A stretch of 35,027 nt of DNA, taken from an uncultured Klebsiella sp. GTDB taxonomy: Bacteria; Pseudomonadota; Gammaproteobacteria; Pseudomonadales; Pseudohongiellaceae. The DNA lies in the NCBI GenBank assembly GCA_964459345.1, contig CAYWMC010000001.1, forward strand, positions 1 to 35,027. Direction: 5' to 3'. Shown here in pieces: positions 1 to 12,352 of this stretch. The first letter of the stretch is position 1. Each line of letters begins with the position of its first letter. The notes below the pieces were generated by a model, which saw only the letters and a program-made list of their open reading frames with translations, did no database searches and was not told where the DNA came from. The position numbers and the translations under genes are program-made.

Positions 1-1
1 A

Positions 2-211
2 GGTGCAGTGCTTGTAATCAAGCAGTGGTACGACAACACAGCTAACAACCCGAACAACCCAGATCCAGATTTCTGGGTTGTAGAGGGCAGCCGTACAGCT
101 GACGAAATGACTCACGCCTGGATTGCGATTACTCACCTGGACGATGCCGGTTACGCCGAAATCGTTGCACAGCGTGAAGCAGCAAAACAGCGTTCAGTAG
201 CAGCTGAGTAA
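2..211 (+). CDS. 3' end of a gene cut by the window edge. It is the C-terminal tail of a PHM/DBH-like (copper type II monooxygenase-like) protein, paralogous to the C-terminus of the 387..2084 product.
   Basis: The frame is open back to base 2. The tail YDNTANNPNNPDPD...TADEMT aligns with FDNTISNPFNPDPD...SKDEMF of the convergent neighbour. Stop TAA is at 209-211 and is followed by hairpins. Confidence 0.55.
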   Translation, partial: GAVLVIKQWYDNTANNPNNPDPDFWVVEGSRTADEMTHAWIAITHLDDAGYAEIVAQREAAKQRSVAAE

Positions 212-221
212 TAGAGTGATT

Positions 222-249
222 GGATGTTCAGGCGAAAGCCTGAACATCC
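222..249. other. Perfect 12-bp inverted repeat with a GAAA loop (GGATGTTCAGGC-GAAA-GCCTGAACATCC)
   Basis: All 12 base pairs were checked by hand. No T-tract follows on either strand. It may stabilise the 3' end or form part of a compound terminator with 261-296. Confidence 0.5.
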
Positions 250-260
250 TGTAAAAAGAA

Positions 261-296
261 AGGGCCGAAGACTTCTGTCTCCGGCCCTTTTTGTTT
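261..296 (+). terminator. Rho-independent terminator of the truncated left-edge gene
   Basis: GC-rich stem GGGCCG(A)AGAC / GTCT(C)CGGCCC with loop TTCT, followed by TTTTTGTTT. Confidence 0.6.
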
Positions 297-330
297 GCCC
301 CTGAAAAACCAATGCCTCTGGTCCACAAAT

Positions 331-364
331 AAAAAAGCCGCCTGATCCATCATGATCAGGCGGC
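331..364 (-). terminator. Rho-independent terminator of the 387..2084 gene
   Basis: An 11-bp perfect stem (337-347 with 354-364) has loop CATCAT. On the minus strand it is followed by TTTTTT (331-336). It lies 23 nt past the stop codon. Confidence 0.75.
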
Positions 365-386
365 TTGCTCTTGCGTCAAGTCTGTA

Positions 387-2084
387 TCAGTCAGCTTTGT
401 GGTAAGTGAAGTAGCCAGTGAACATCTCATCCTTGCTGGTGAGACCTGCGCGAATCTCTGCATCCGGGTCAGGATTGAAGGGATTGGAGATGGTGTTGTC
501 GAAAGCTCCGGTGACATGCACCTTGCTGCCAGCGGGCACTTCTACGGGCTCATCCAGAACATAATGCGGCTGCCACCCATAGTTGTAGGCAGGCACGCTC
601 AGAATGTCCTGCATGGTGCCATCGGGGAATTCCACACTGAACTTCATCTTCTTGCCACGTGCATTCATTTTCGCGCGCACGCCCGTAATTACCACCGCTT
701 CTTCAAAAACGTGCTCAGCATGGGCAGGAATCTCATGCTCATTGGGTGGCAGCAACAAGTCTGGTGCGGATACTGCCTGCACAAGTCTTTGTTTCAGTCC
801 ATCAACTTCAGAGGCATCGGCGAAGTAAAGACCGATCTTGGTTGCATCGACCAGCTCTGCACCAATGCCAACAAAGTGAAATTGCAGAGATAGCTTGTGA
901 CCCTTGGGAATGAAGACAGCAGTTCCTTCAGGAAACTGTGTGGCAGTGGGCTTGCCAGGCGTATAGCCGTCCAGGAAGATTCGTGTGGACGTGCTGGCAT
1001 TGCGCTCCTCACCCCAGAAATCTTCGCCAGGTGCTGTTACAAAGCCCATCAGGTGATGAAGGGCACTCGTTGCATCAGGGCGATACTGCACAGCAGTAAC
1101 CCACTTGTCTTCTGTAAATGGCAGCTCTACGTCGGAATATACGTAATCCAGAATGCCAGTTGCCGGAATTTCCTGAGGAGGCGCAGTGACTACCAGATCT
1201 GGCTCGCCCAGTATCCAGTCCTTGCTCTCCTCATAGACGAAAGCCTCCAGTGGATCTACCGGGCCGTCGCCACGAGGCGCCCCAGCATTGAACCAATGCA
1301 CGAGAGTCTGAATATCCTCTGTTGCGATATAGCGTGCGGTGGTGGTATGCCCGATGCTCGGATCTACCTGCGCCGGCGGCATGCGCTTGTTGAGCAGGAC
1401 TTCTCTGATCATGGGCGACCAGCCAAGTAGCGAGACATACTTGTCGATCGCAAAAGGTCCGACGCCGAATTGCCTGTGGCATGAAGCGCAGTTCTCAATG
1501 ATGATCGGCGCCACTTCCGTGGCGTAATCCGGAACCTGCGCGGCATGCATTTCCTTGACGGGGTATTCAATCAGGCAGTCGGCAGTATTGGTTGTCTTGA
1601 CCGTATCCCGCAGAGTGGTGCTCAGCAAACCCGCCAAGGTTGCATCCAGCTGCTCACCAACCGCCCCCACATAGAACAGAGACAGACGATCAGGGTTGAG
1701 CACTCTGACATCGCCGGCGCTACTGATTCCCAGCGCTTCAGAGATCAGTTGACCATTGTCCTGCAGGATAGGCAGAGAGACATTCAGTTCGCGCAGGGCC
1801 TGTCTGTCCAGATTCTGAGAATCCAGCAACAGAAATTCGATGCCTTGCTCGGCATAGCGATTGTGCAGATCCTGATACTGCGCCAGCGTTGCATCCATGC
1901 CCTGGCAGGATTGCGAATAGGACATCAGAACAACGGCCTTGCGATGCTGATACCGGCTCAGCTGATGGAACTCTCCATCACTGTCCAGGAGCGCAAAATC
2001 GCCCGTTCTATCCAGAGCGGCACTCGCGGCCCCGGATGCCAATGCGATAAATGCACCCAAACACGATGCTTGAACTTTTTTCAT
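387..2084 (-). CDS. Exported multidomain redox protein: thioredoxin-fold (redoxin-like, single Cys) + c-type haem-binding segment + PHM/DBH-like copper-monooxygenase-like C-terminal half
   Basis: I start it at ATG 2084 (MKKVQASCLGAFIALASGAASA is a Sec signal, with GAGG 9 nt upstream). The ORF-track start is 2111. Motifs read from the translation are SYSQSC in the Trx-like block and CASCH (nt 1476-1490). The PHM-like half has ALHHLMGF, LQFHF and SKDEMF. Confidence 0.75.
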   Translation of the reverse strand: MKKVQASCLGAFIALASGAASAALDRTGDFALLDSDGEFHQLSRYQHRKAVVLMSYSQSCQGMDATLAQYQDLHNRYAEQGIEFLLLDSQNLDRQALRELNVSLPILQDNGQLISEALGISSAGDVRVLNPDRLSLFYVGAVGEQLDATLAGLLSTTLRDTVKTTNTADCLIEYPVKEMHAAQVPDYATEVAPIIIENCASCHRQFGVGPFAIDKYVSLLGWSPMIREVLLNKRMPPAQVDPSIGHTTTARYIATEDIQTLVHWFNAGAPRGDGPVDPLEAFVYEESKDWILGEPDLVVTAPPQEIPATGILDYVYSDVELPFTEDKWVTAVQYRPDATSALHHLMGFVTAPGEDFWGEERNASTSTRIFLDGYTPGKPTATQFPEGTAVFIPKGHKLSLQFHFVGIGAELVDATKIGLYFADASEVDGLKQRLVQAVSAPDLLLPPNEHEIPAHAEHVFEEAVVITGVRAKMNARGKKMKFSVEFPDGTMQDILSVPAYNYGWQPHYVLDEPVEVPAGSKVHVTGAFDNTISNPFNPDPDAEIRAGLTSKDEMFTGYFTYHKAD

Positions 2085-2136
2085 GGCACTACGTACCTCT
2101 ACATGAAGCAATATGGATAGACGTCATGCATGTAGA

Positions 2137-3258
2137 TCAACGCATGGGATAATTGCTTACATGCTGAGTGGCAGAACGGCCGCGATTGCGCTCTGATTGT
2201 GTCAAGCCACCCAACGCAGGTCCTCCTTGATTGAAGATGCCGCCACGCAGCACAAATTCAAGGTATTTCATTTCGTCATCAAGATAGTTGGTCTTGTCTG
2301 TAAACGAGGCCAAGGCACTTTCGATTGCCGCTTCTCGATCCGGAACATCCGGATGGGCCAACAGGTCACCGATCACCACTTTCAATACCGAAATATTGTC
2401 CAGTACGTACGCAGCACCAGGATGAAAGCTGTATACGTTCGGGGCAATCGCCGGCATGGTAGGAATATCGGTCGGCAGGGACATGAGGCTGCCGTGCGTG
2501 GGCGCAACCTTCTCCTGAAACAGCGCGATTACAGCAGCGATACCCGCCTCTACTTCTGCATCACTGGCGGCCAGAATGGTAGCCTCCAAGGCCGCGATCT
2601 GCAGCCATTGAGAGGCCCAGGTCAGCCCGCTCAACTGCGGAAAACCTACCCGGAAGGCATAGGCGTAAGGGTGCTCAGAAAGCAGTTCAGGCGACTTCGG
2701 AAGTGCCGGCACGGACAGAGAATCTTCACTGAGATACTCGGCCAGTGCTTCTTCCACGGCGGTATGCTTGTCGATCACATTGTTGTCGAGATAGATGTCC
2801 AGAAGTGTGATGCCAAACTGGCGACCGCGTTCAAGAACGGCCACCGCGTTGTCAGGAATATTGCCGTTGGCTTCCAGCACACTCGCCACTTCGTCATCCG
2901 CAAACTGATCACGAATCATGGACTGCAAGCCAGGCGTTGCACGGCTTTCAAAAACCCGGAATGGTCCGAGCATGGCCATGTGGTTGGTGGACGTGTGATA
3001 GTGGGAGAATTCAGCCTGGGCAAGCTCCACAATCTCTTCACGCAACAGCACTTTGCCGAATTGCGATTCAGTCGATTCGTTGCTGACGACGATCTCGTCA
3101 AAAACCGCAGCCTGCAGAACTTCGGAGGCATTCAAATACTGCGCGAGAGCAGGAAACCGAGCTTCCATTATCCCCGCTGACTGAGCTTGCAGTGCCGAGG
3201 GCACGACCGCCCCCGCAAATGAGAATCCGATCAGTAATCCCTGAAGAACCTTGTGCAT
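2137..3258 (-). CDS. Secreted hypothetical protein (373 aa), no family recognised
   Basis: The long ORF is trimmed to ATG 3258 (MHKVLQGLLIGFSFAGAVVPSALQAQS is a Sec signal). It runs co-directionally with its neighbours. I cannot assign a domain from memory. Confidence 0.6.
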   Translation of the reverse strand: MHKVLQGLLIGFSFAGAVVPSALQAQSAGIMEARFPALAQYLNASEVLQAAVFDEIVVSNESTESQFGKVLLREEIVELAQAEFSHYHTSTNHMAMLGPFRVFESRATPGLQSMIRDQFADDEVASVLEANGNIPDNAVAVLERGRQFGITLLDIYLDNNVIDKHTAVEEALAEYLSEDSLSVPALPKSPELLSEHPYAYAFRVGFPQLSGLTWASQWLQIAALEATILAASDAEVEAGIAAVIALFQEKVAPTHGSLMSLPTDIPTMPAIAPNVYSFHPGAAYVLDNISVLKVVIGDLLAHPDVPDREAAIESALASFTDKTNYLDDEMKYLEFVLRGGIFNQGGPALGGLTQSERNRGRSATQHVSNYPMR

Positions 3259-3307
3259 TGTAACCCCCGCAAATGTCTGATTTTCAGGCGGGTTGTCCCG
3301 CCTGTAT

Positions 3308-3339
3308 AAACGGCCCAAGGATAAAAGCCCGGGCCGTTT
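3308..3339 (-). terminator. Possible terminator hairpin after the alpha/beta hydrolase gene
   Basis: A 9-bp stem AAACGGCCC / GGGCCGTTT is followed on the minus strand by ATAC. The U-tract lies partly inside the stem, so this call is weak. Confidence 0.3.
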
Positions 3340-3387
3340 AAGTCCATCCTCAATCAGGGCAAAGGTTTGGCAATGTGTGACATTCAA

Positions 3388-4416
3388 TCAATCTGCCGGC
3401 GGCGGCAACGGCTCCGACCGCAGGAAACGGATCAAATCTGCATGATACTGATCAGGAATCTCGAAATGCGGATTGTGACCGATGCCTGGATAGAGAATCA
3501 GCTCGGCATTGGGGATCGTTTCTGACACGTGCCGGGCCAGATCCGCATAGTTCGGCGTCAGGTTGTCCTGTGCGCCACCAATGACCAGTGCTTTGGCCTG
3601 AATGTGTTGCCAGTCGTAGACGACGGGGTCAAGGAACAGTATCTGCTGCTGCCAGGTGCGGATGCGTGCCAGCAGCGGCCACTCAGCGATAAGTGTCTGG
3701 CCGTACTGGTAGTGGACCCACTCGAGATACTTGTTGTCCCAGGTAGGGTAGTAGCTCATGTGGTTGCGAAGAATGCTCTGATAGGTCGTGTTGGTCAGCG
3801 TGGCCTGGTAGAGCTCTTCGAAGTCGCGCCAGGGACGGCCCTGACGCTGGTCTGTCAGACCGATCTGATTCACCAGCGCCACGTGCGTAGTGGCATTCGG
3901 ATAGGTCATCGCAAAGCGGCTTGCCACCATCCCGCCCATGGAATGGCCGACGATGGCAGCCTTCTCGACACCGACGTGATCCAGCAGGCGCTTGGAGTCG
4001 AGCGTGAAGATGTGCAGGTTGTAGGGAATGTCGAGTTTGGATGAACGACCGTAGCCAATACGATCCGGCACCAGTACCCGGAAACCCGCTTCGCTGAGGG
4101 CGGTGATTGTGACTTCGAAGCCCTTGCCCGCGAAATTCATCCCGTGGAACAGCATGGCTGTCTGGCCATTGGGCGTGCCGGTTGGAGCCACGTCCATATA
4201 GGCCATGCGACCATCCTGCCCGAAATGCTGCACGTCGAGGTACTGCACTGGATGCGGATACGGCACTTCCTCCAGTGTGGACGAGATTGGTCCCCAGTCT
4301 GCGGGTGCCTCACTGGGTGGTGTGTCAGCCTGTGCGTGCAGCTGTGCACTGCCAGTCAGCAGTGTGGCTGCAAAGACCAGCCCGGCGAGCTGTCTGAATC
4401 GGAACGACGTATACAT
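3388..4416 (-). CDS. Secreted alpha/beta-fold hydrolase
   Basis: It has a signal peptide (LLTGSAQLHAQA), the HGMNF oxyanion-type motif and the GHSMGG nucleophile elbow. AAGGAG lies 7 nt upstream of the ATG. Confidence 0.8.
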   Translation of the reverse strand: MYTSFRFRQLAGLVFAATLLTGSAQLHAQADTPPSEAPADWGPISSTLEEVPYPHPVQYLDVQHFGQDGRMAYMDVAPTGTPNGQTAMLFHGMNFAGKGFEVTITALSEAGFRVLVPDRIGYGRSSKLDIPYNLHIFTLDSKRLLDHVGVEKAAIVGHSMGGMVASRFAMTYPNATTHVALVNQIGLTDQRQGRPWRDFEELYQATLTNTTYQSILRNHMSYYPTWDNKYLEWVHYQYGQTLIAEWPLLARIRTWQQQILFLDPVVYDWQHIQAKALVIGGAQDNLTPNYADLARHVSETIPNAELILYPGIGHNPHFEIPDQYHADLIRFLRSEPLPPPAD

Positions 4417-4481
4417 TCAAGACTCCTTGTTGTTGTGTTGACCTGCAAATTTCGACGCCTGCTGCACGACCCGCATGACAG

Positions 4482-6206
4482 CTATTCTGCCTTGTGTGCC
4501 AGCTTCAGACCCATCTTGAGAATGCGACCCTGCTCGGCAGCCGCCACGGTCCAGAAAAATCCCTGCCACTCGATCTGATCGCCGACAACGGGCTTGCCTC
4601 CCATCTTGTCGCTGAAGAACTCCCCGATGGTCGCATCTTCGCGACACTCCTGCAGGGACAATCCATACACCGGGGCAAGATCCATCAAACGGGCATTGGC
4701 ATCCAGAATGAAATCGCCGAAGAACCAGTTGTCCATATTGGACACGGGCGCCTGACTGAAAAGCTTGCCCAACTCCGGCAGATCATGCTCGTGACCGATG
4801 ATACAGAGAATATCATCTGCCATCAGCCGTGTACTGCCACTGGGGTGGAGCAATTCACGCCCCCTGAAAAGAGCGGCAATCCTGGTACCTTCAGGCATGT
4901 GCAGGCGGCGCAGCTCGGTGTTGATGCACCACTTTTCTGCGCCCAGACGATAAACAAACATCTCCCATTGGCTGGTGGGATGTATTTCGAGCCCGGTGCG
5001 GGCGATCGGAGAAGGCTGGGGGGGCACCTCGACGCGTGCGAACCTGGTGGCAAATGGCAGCGAACTGCCCTGCAGCAGCAAGGACACCAACACAACGAAG
5101 AATGCCAGATTGAAATACAGCTGGGAGTCCGGCAGTCCCGCCATGATCGGGTAGACCGCGAGAATGATGGGCACGGCGCCCCTGAGCCCAACCCAGGAAA
5201 TAAACCATCGCTCGCGCGTCTTGAAACGCCTGAAAGGAGCAAGACTCAGCCACACCGCGATCGGCCTTGCGAACAGAATCATCCACAGCGCCAGCAACAA
5301 GCCTGGCAGCGCGATTGGCGCCAGCTCGCTTGGCGTGAGCAGCAGCCCCAGCACAAGGAACATGCCGATCTGGCTCATCCACGCCAGGCCATCAAATATG
5401 GCCAGGATCGAGGTGCGGCTGCGAATGGGACGATTGCCAAGCAACAGCCCGCAGATGTAGATCGCGAGAATGCCGCTGCCGCCCACCATATTGGTAAAGG
5501 CGAACAACAGCAGGCCACCGCTCAGGGCCAGAAGGGGATAGAGACCGTTGGCCAACACACTGCGGTTGATCAGCTTCCACAACAGCCACCCGCCGCCCAG
5601 CCCCAGAGCAACGCCCAGTCCAAACTGCTGCACCAGACTGAGCAGGAAGATCATGCCGATATCGGTTTGCCCAGACCCGATCACTTCTATGAAAGTGATC
5701 GTCAGAAACACCGCCATCGGGTCATTGCTGCCGGACTCTATTTCCAGGGTGGCTCCGACACGTTCGTTCAGACTGCGCTGACCGAGCAGGGAGAACACGG
5801 CGGCCGCGTCAGTGGATCCCACGATGGCACCGATCAGCAGCCCTTGCAGCAGCGTCAGGTCGAACAGCCAGGCGGCGACATAACCCGTCAATCCGGCTGT
5901 AATCAGAACGCCGACAGTGGCAAGCGACAAGGCTGGCCCCAGAGCAACGCGGAACGTGGCAGCACGCGTGCGCATGCCGCCGTCCAGAAGAATGATTGCC
6001 AGAGCGAGGTTGCTGGCAAGATAGGCCAGCGAGTAGTCGTCAAACTGAATGCCGCCTATCCCGTCTTCCCCGGCCAGCATCCCGACCCCCAGAAAGATGA
6101 CCAGGATGGGAATGCCAAGACGTGAGGAAAGAGAACTGACCAGAACACTGAAGCCAACCAGCAAGGCGCCAATCAGGAAGAAATTGTTGATCGTGCCTGC
6201 ATCCAT
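4482..6206 (-). CDS. nhaP2: K+/H+ antiporter NhaP2 (CvrA, cell volume regulation protein A)
   Basis: Full-length similarity to E. coli CvrA/YcgO as I recall it ([13 protein letters not shown]..., [29 protein letters not shown]-terminal TrkA-C-like tail). GGAG lies 9 nt upstream. It starts 18 nt after the purA stop. Confidence 0.9.
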   Translation of the reverse strand: MDAGTINNFFLIGALLVGFSVLVSSLSSRLGIPILVIFLGVGMLAGEDGIGGIQFDDYSLAYLASNLALAIILLDGGMRTRAATFRVALGPALSLATVGVLITAGLTGYVAAWLFDLTLLQGLLIGAIVGSTDAAAVFSLLGQRSLNERVGATLEIESGSNDPMAVFLTITFIEVIGSGQTDIGMIFLLSLVQQFGLGVALGLGGGWLLWKLINRSVLANGLYPLLALSGGLLLFAFTNMVGGSGILAIYICGLLLGNRPIRSRTSILAIFDGLAWMSQIGMFLVLGLLLTPSELAPIALPGLLLALWMILFARPIAVWLSLAPFRRFKTRERWFISWVGLRGAVPIILAVYPIMAGLPDSQLYFNLAFFVVLVSLLLQGSSLPFATRFARVEVPPQPSPIARTGLEIHPTSQWEMFVYRLGAEKWCINTELRRLHMPEGTRIAALFRGRELLHPSGSTRLMADDILCIIGHEHDLPELGKLFSQAPVSNMDNWFFGDFILDANARLMDLAPVYGLSLQECREDATIGEFFSDKMGGKPVVGDQIEWQGFFWTVAAAEQGRILKMGLKLAHKAE

Positions 6207-6224
6207 TCAGCTGTCTCCAGGTAC

Positions 6225-8790
<2,566 letters not shown>

Positions 8791-8867
8791 TGTCGAGTCC
8801 TGAATCCAATCCTGTCAAAGTGAGTCTTGCCGCCTGTTGTCCGGCGCAAAATGCGCTATCTCCAGAC

Positions 8868-8904
8868 GGACAAAGACCAGCAGCAGGAGCGCCTGCTGCT
8901 GGTC
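8868..8904 (-). terminator. Terminator hairpin downstream of hflC
   Basis: A perfect 13-bp stem (8875-8887 with 8892-8904) has loop AGCG. On the minus strand it is followed by TTTGTCCGT, a short U-tract. Confidence 0.55.
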
Positions 8905-8916
8905 CTTTCCCACGCA

Positions 8917-9786
8917 TTACTGCGCTATGGTGCTGCCACGCATGTATTTGAAGTATTCGCTGTCCGGGTCTACCAGCAGCACATCGCCCTTGTTCGAGAA
9001 GCTCTCCTGGTAGGAGTTGATGCTGCGGGTAAACGCATAGAATTCTTCATTCTTGGAGTACGCTGCCGCATAAGTGGCCGCTGCTATTGCATCGCCTTCG
9101 CCGCGGATGCGCTCGGCATCACGATAAGCCTCGACGAGAAGAACCGCTTCCTGACGATCGGCATCCGCTTCAATGCCAATGGCCAGCTCGTTGCCGCGCG
9201 AGCGCAGCTGCTGAGCTTCGCGCTGCCGTTCGGAAGTCATCCGCTCATACACGGATGAGCGCACGTCCAGAGGCAGTTCGATCTGCTTGACCCGCACATC
9301 GATCACTTCGATGCCGTATTCCTCGGCCGTTGAGAGATTCAATTCCCGGGTCAGCTCTTCCATCAGCAAGTCACGCTGACCAGACACCACTTCCTGCAGG
9401 TCACGTTCGCCGAACTTGTTGCGCAGACCGTCATTGATTCGCTGCGCCAGCAGATTGCTGGTGCGGCTCTCTTCTCCCGAAGATGAACGGTAGAACTGCG
9501 CCACGTTCACGATGCGCCACTTGGCGAAGGAATCCACCACCAGTGCCTTCTGCTCGAGAGTGAGGTAACGCTGTGCTTCGGCAGTTACCGTCAGCACGCG
9601 GCCATCGAACTTGCGCACGGTATTGACCCACGGCATCTTGAAGTGCAGACCCGGCTCAAGATCGGCTTCCACGATATTGCCGAAACGCAGCAGAATCGCC
9701 CTTTCCGTCTCGCGGACGACGAACACGGCGTCCGAGGCTGCGATAAACAGGAAAAACACCAGAATTCCAGCAAATGCATTCTTCAT
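8917..9786 (-). CDS. hflC: Protease modulator HflC
   Basis: It has an SPFH/band-7 domain and an N-terminal TM segment. Its start overlaps the hflK stop as TGATG. Confidence 0.92.
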   Translation of the reverse strand: MKNAFAGILVFFLFIAASDAVFVVRETERAILLRFGNIVEADLEPGLHFKMPWVNTVRKFDGRVLTVTAEAQRYLTLEQKALVVDSFAKWRIVNVAQFYRSSSGEESRTSNLLAQRINDGLRNKFGERDLQEVVSGQRDLLMEELTRELNLSTAEEYGIEVIDVRVKQIELPLDVRSSVYERMTSERQREAQQLRSRGNELAIGIEADADRQEAVLLVEAYRDAERIRGEGDAIAAATYAAAYSKNEEFYAFTRSINSYQESFSNKGDVLLVDPDSEYFKYMRGSTIAQ

Positions 9787-10988
9787 CAGCGTGCTCCTCG
9801 TGCAGGAACCGGTTGCAGGCGTGCCCTGTCAGCGTCTGTGACTGAGAGTTCGCGTGTTACCTGGTCGGAAATTTCGCGCAGCTGCTGTGGCGTCAGTTGC
9901 GCCGCGGCACTTGCAGACGTTGCTGTGCTTTGTTCGATGATCTTGTCCAGCGGCAGATAGAACATGCTGTTGCCCCCTTCGACATCGATCAGCACTTTGC
10001 TGCTGTTGCTCATGACTGCCTGCATGGCGTCAATGTACAGACGCTCACGCGTGACTTCCGGCGCTTTCTCGTACTCGGTCAGCAACTGCTCGAAGCGGGC
10101 TGCTTCACCTTCCGCACGGGCAACTACCTGATCGCGATAGGCATTGGCCTGTTCGATGATGCGCTGTGCTTCACCACGGGCAACGGGCACCACGCGGTTG
10201 GCATAGGCCAGCGCTTCGTTCTGAACGCGCTGCTCGTCTTCACGCGCCTTGATCACATCGTCGAACGCACCCTGCACAGCATCGGGCGGCTGTGCGTTGC
10301 GGACGGTAACTTGCTGAATCAGGATGCCGGAATCATAGCTTGCCATGTAGCGCTGCAAGCGATCCCTGACCTCTGCTGCCACATCTGCTCGTCCCTGCGT
10401 CAGCACGCGATCCATGGTAGTACCGCCCACAACATGGCGGATGGCGGATTCGGCCGCGTGGTCAAGGCTGACCTCGGGATCTCGCACCACAACTACAAAT
10501 TTCACGGGATCTTCAATCAGGTACTGGACGTCGATGGAGACGTTCACGATGTTTTCATCGGTAGTCAGCATGTCTCTGGCGTAGGAGCGGGTGTTCACGC
10601 GGGAGACATTCACTTTCTGAACGGTATCGATGAGGGGCGGGTTCCAGCTCAGGCCTGGCATGACCACTTCACTGCGCAGGGCGCCAAAACGCATCACGAC
10701 ACCACGCTCGGATTCGTCGACCGTGTAGAAACCCATGGCAGCCCACATGACGACAACTACCGCCAGCGCACCACCCAGCAGCCCGCCCGATACACCAGGA
10801 GCATTGCCTCCGCCGGTGCCACCACTGGAAGAACCGCCGGATTTGCCACCGAACAGACTGTTCAGCTTGCGGGAAACCTTCTTGATAACTTCATCAATAT
10901 CGGGCGGCCCCTGATCACCACCCCCGCGGCCACCTCCGCCCCAGGGATCGTTCCCATTGCCTTTGTTTCCAGGTTCATTCCAAGCCAT
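9786..10988 (-). CDS. hflK: Protease modulator HflK
   Basis: MAWNEPGNKGNGNDPWGGGG is the typical HflK N-terminus. I start at ATG 10988 (GGAG 7 nt upstream). The ORF-track start is 11000. Confidence 0.92.
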   Translation of the reverse strand: MAWNEPGNKGNGNDPWGGGGRGGGDQGPPDIDEVIKKVSRKLNSLFGGKSGGSSSGGTGGGNAPGVSGGLLGGALAVVVVMWAAMGFYTVDESERGVVMRFGALRSEVVMPGLSWNPPLIDTVQKVNVSRVNTRSYARDMLTTDENIVNVSIDVQYLIEDPVKFVVVVRDPEVSLDHAAESAIRHVVGGTTMDRVLTQGRADVAAEVRDRLQRYMASYDSGILIQQVTVRNAQPPDAVQGAFDDVIKAREDEQRVQNEALAYANRVVPVARGEAQRIIEQANAYRDQVVARAEGEAARFEQLLTEYEKAPEVTRERLYIDAMQAVMSNSSKVLIDVEGGNSMFYLPLDKIIEQSTATSASAAAQLTPQQLREISDQVTRELSVTDADRARLQPVPARGAR

Positions 10989-11054
10989 TGGCTTCTCCAT
11001 ACCCCAAAAATGCGGGGGTGATTTTAACGAATTATTGTTGATTAACCCAGCTTT

Positions 11055-12341
11055 TTACCCGACGGCCTTCGGGGCAAGCCCCTCGTCCTCGAGTAGTCGA
11101 TCAAGATCGTTGCGTGGCAGCCTGATTGCCAGAGAGACCAGCCCGTCAGAATTCACTTCCTCGCCATGAACGGCGCCCCGGGCATAGAGACGAGCGCGCA
11201 ATCGCCCCTGATCAGGGCGCAATTCAATCTGTCGTTCGACGACGTCTTGACCGAGCAATTCACTGATCGCTTGCAGAAGCAGTGGCATGCCAGCGCCGGT
11301 GCGCGCGGAAAGCCATATCCGCACCGGTTTGCCGCTCTGATCTCTCTCCAGCACAGGCTCGCGTTCGGCAAGCAGATCAATCTTGTTGTAGACGAGCAGG
11401 CAGGGCACCTGCGCTGCATCGATCTCTTCCAGCACTTCGTTGACCTGTTCCGTAAAGAATTCGTGATGCTCGTTGGCGGCATCGATCACATGCAAGAGCA
11501 GGTCGGCACGCGTCGTCTCTTCCAGTGTGGCACGGAATGCTTCTACCAGTTTGTGCGGAAGATGACTTATGAACCCTACTGTATCCGCAAGGATAGCCGC
11601 TCCGAAACTGGGCAGCTGAATGCGTCGCAAGGTGGAATCCAGTGTCGCGAACAACTGATCCGCTGCATAGGTTTCGGCACCCGCCATGGCATTGAAGAGC
11701 GAAGACTTGCCCGCGTTGGTATAGCCAACCAGGGAAATTGTGGGAATATCGGCGCGGCTGCGGGACCTGCGCCCCTGCTCGCGCTGTGCACGAACCTTTA
11801 CCAGCCCCTTGTTGATGTTCTTGATTCGCTGCCGAATCATGCGCTGGTCGAGTTCCAGCTGCGTTTCGCCCGCACCGCGAAGCCCGATACCACCCTTCTG
11901 GCGATCAAGGTGGGTCCACCCACGTTTCAGGCGGGTAACTGTGTGCTCCAGCTGTGCAAGCTCAACCTGCAGCTTGCCCTCATAGCTGCGCGCTCGCTGC
12001 GCGAAAATATCCAGAATCAGCCCCGTCCGATCAAGCACTCTGCATTGCAGATGCTTTTCCAGATTGCGCTCCTGGCTGGGACTCAGGGAATGATTGAACA
12101 GGACAAGCTCGGCCTGATGCTCCTTCACAGCAGCGGCTATTTCGTCGAGTTTTCCAGAACCAACGAAATGCCCCGCGTCGGGCTTCTTGCGAGTGCCTTT
12201 TATGAAAAGTACAGGGATAGCGCCTGCGGATCGCGCCAGCTCCTCGAACTCCAAAGGGTCCTCCTGATCCTGTTCCGCTTCCAGATCAATATGCACGAGG
12301 ACTGCGGTTTCACCGCCATCGGGTCTTTCAAAGAACAACAA
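11055..12341 (-). CDS. hflX: GTPase HflX
   Basis: It has the G1 motif GYTNAGKSSLFN and DTVGF, plus the HflX N-domain. It starts 11 nt after hfq. Confidence 0.93.
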   Translation of the reverse strand: MLFFERPDGGETAVLVHIDLEAEQDQEDPLEFEELARSAGAIPVLFIKGTRKKPDAGHFVGSGKLDEIAAAVKEHQAELVLFNHSLSPSQERNLEKHLQCRVLDRTGLILDIFAQRARSYEGKLQVELAQLEHTVTRLKRGWTHLDRQKGGIGLRGAGETQLELDQRMIRQRIKNINKGLVKVRAQREQGRRSRSRADIPTISLVGYTNAGKSSLFNAMAGAETYAADQLFATLDSTLRRIQLPSFGAAILADTVGFISHLPHKLVEAFRATLEETTRADLLLHVIDAANEHHEFFTEQVNEVLEEIDAAQVPCLLVYNKIDLLAEREPVLERDQSGKPVRIWLSARTGAGMPLLLQAISELLGQDVVERQIELRPDQGRLRARLYARGAVHGEEVNSDGLVSLAIRLPRNDLDRLLEDEGLAPKAVG

Positions 12342-12352
12342 TGCACCTCAGG

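Noticed and set aside
2085-2111. N-terminal extensions of the longest ORFs (also 3259..3387, 7518..7547, 10989..11000, 22100..22294, 24488..24526, 33208..33276 and 33848..33949)
   Set aside because: In each case an internal start gives a canonical family N-terminus or signal peptide and has a better Shine-Dalgarno sequence. The extensions run into intergenic or terminator sequence.
3285-3304. 8-bp hairpin CAGGCGGG-TTGT-CCCGCCTG upstream of the hypothetical gene
   Set aside because: On the transcribed (minus) strand it is followed by an A-run, not a U-run. It is therefore not a terminator, and no function can be argued.
4494-6125. 543-aa ORF antisense to nhaP2. The same applies to 9897..11021, 11166..12467, 15571..17229, 18111..18797, 21080..22195, 25627..26376 and 26485..27999.
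   Set aside because: These are shadow ORFs typical of GC-rich coding DNA. Each lies wholly inside a gene with a clear family identity on the other strand. Their translations are Arg/Gly/Ala/Gln-rich and low in complexity, with no recognisable motifs.
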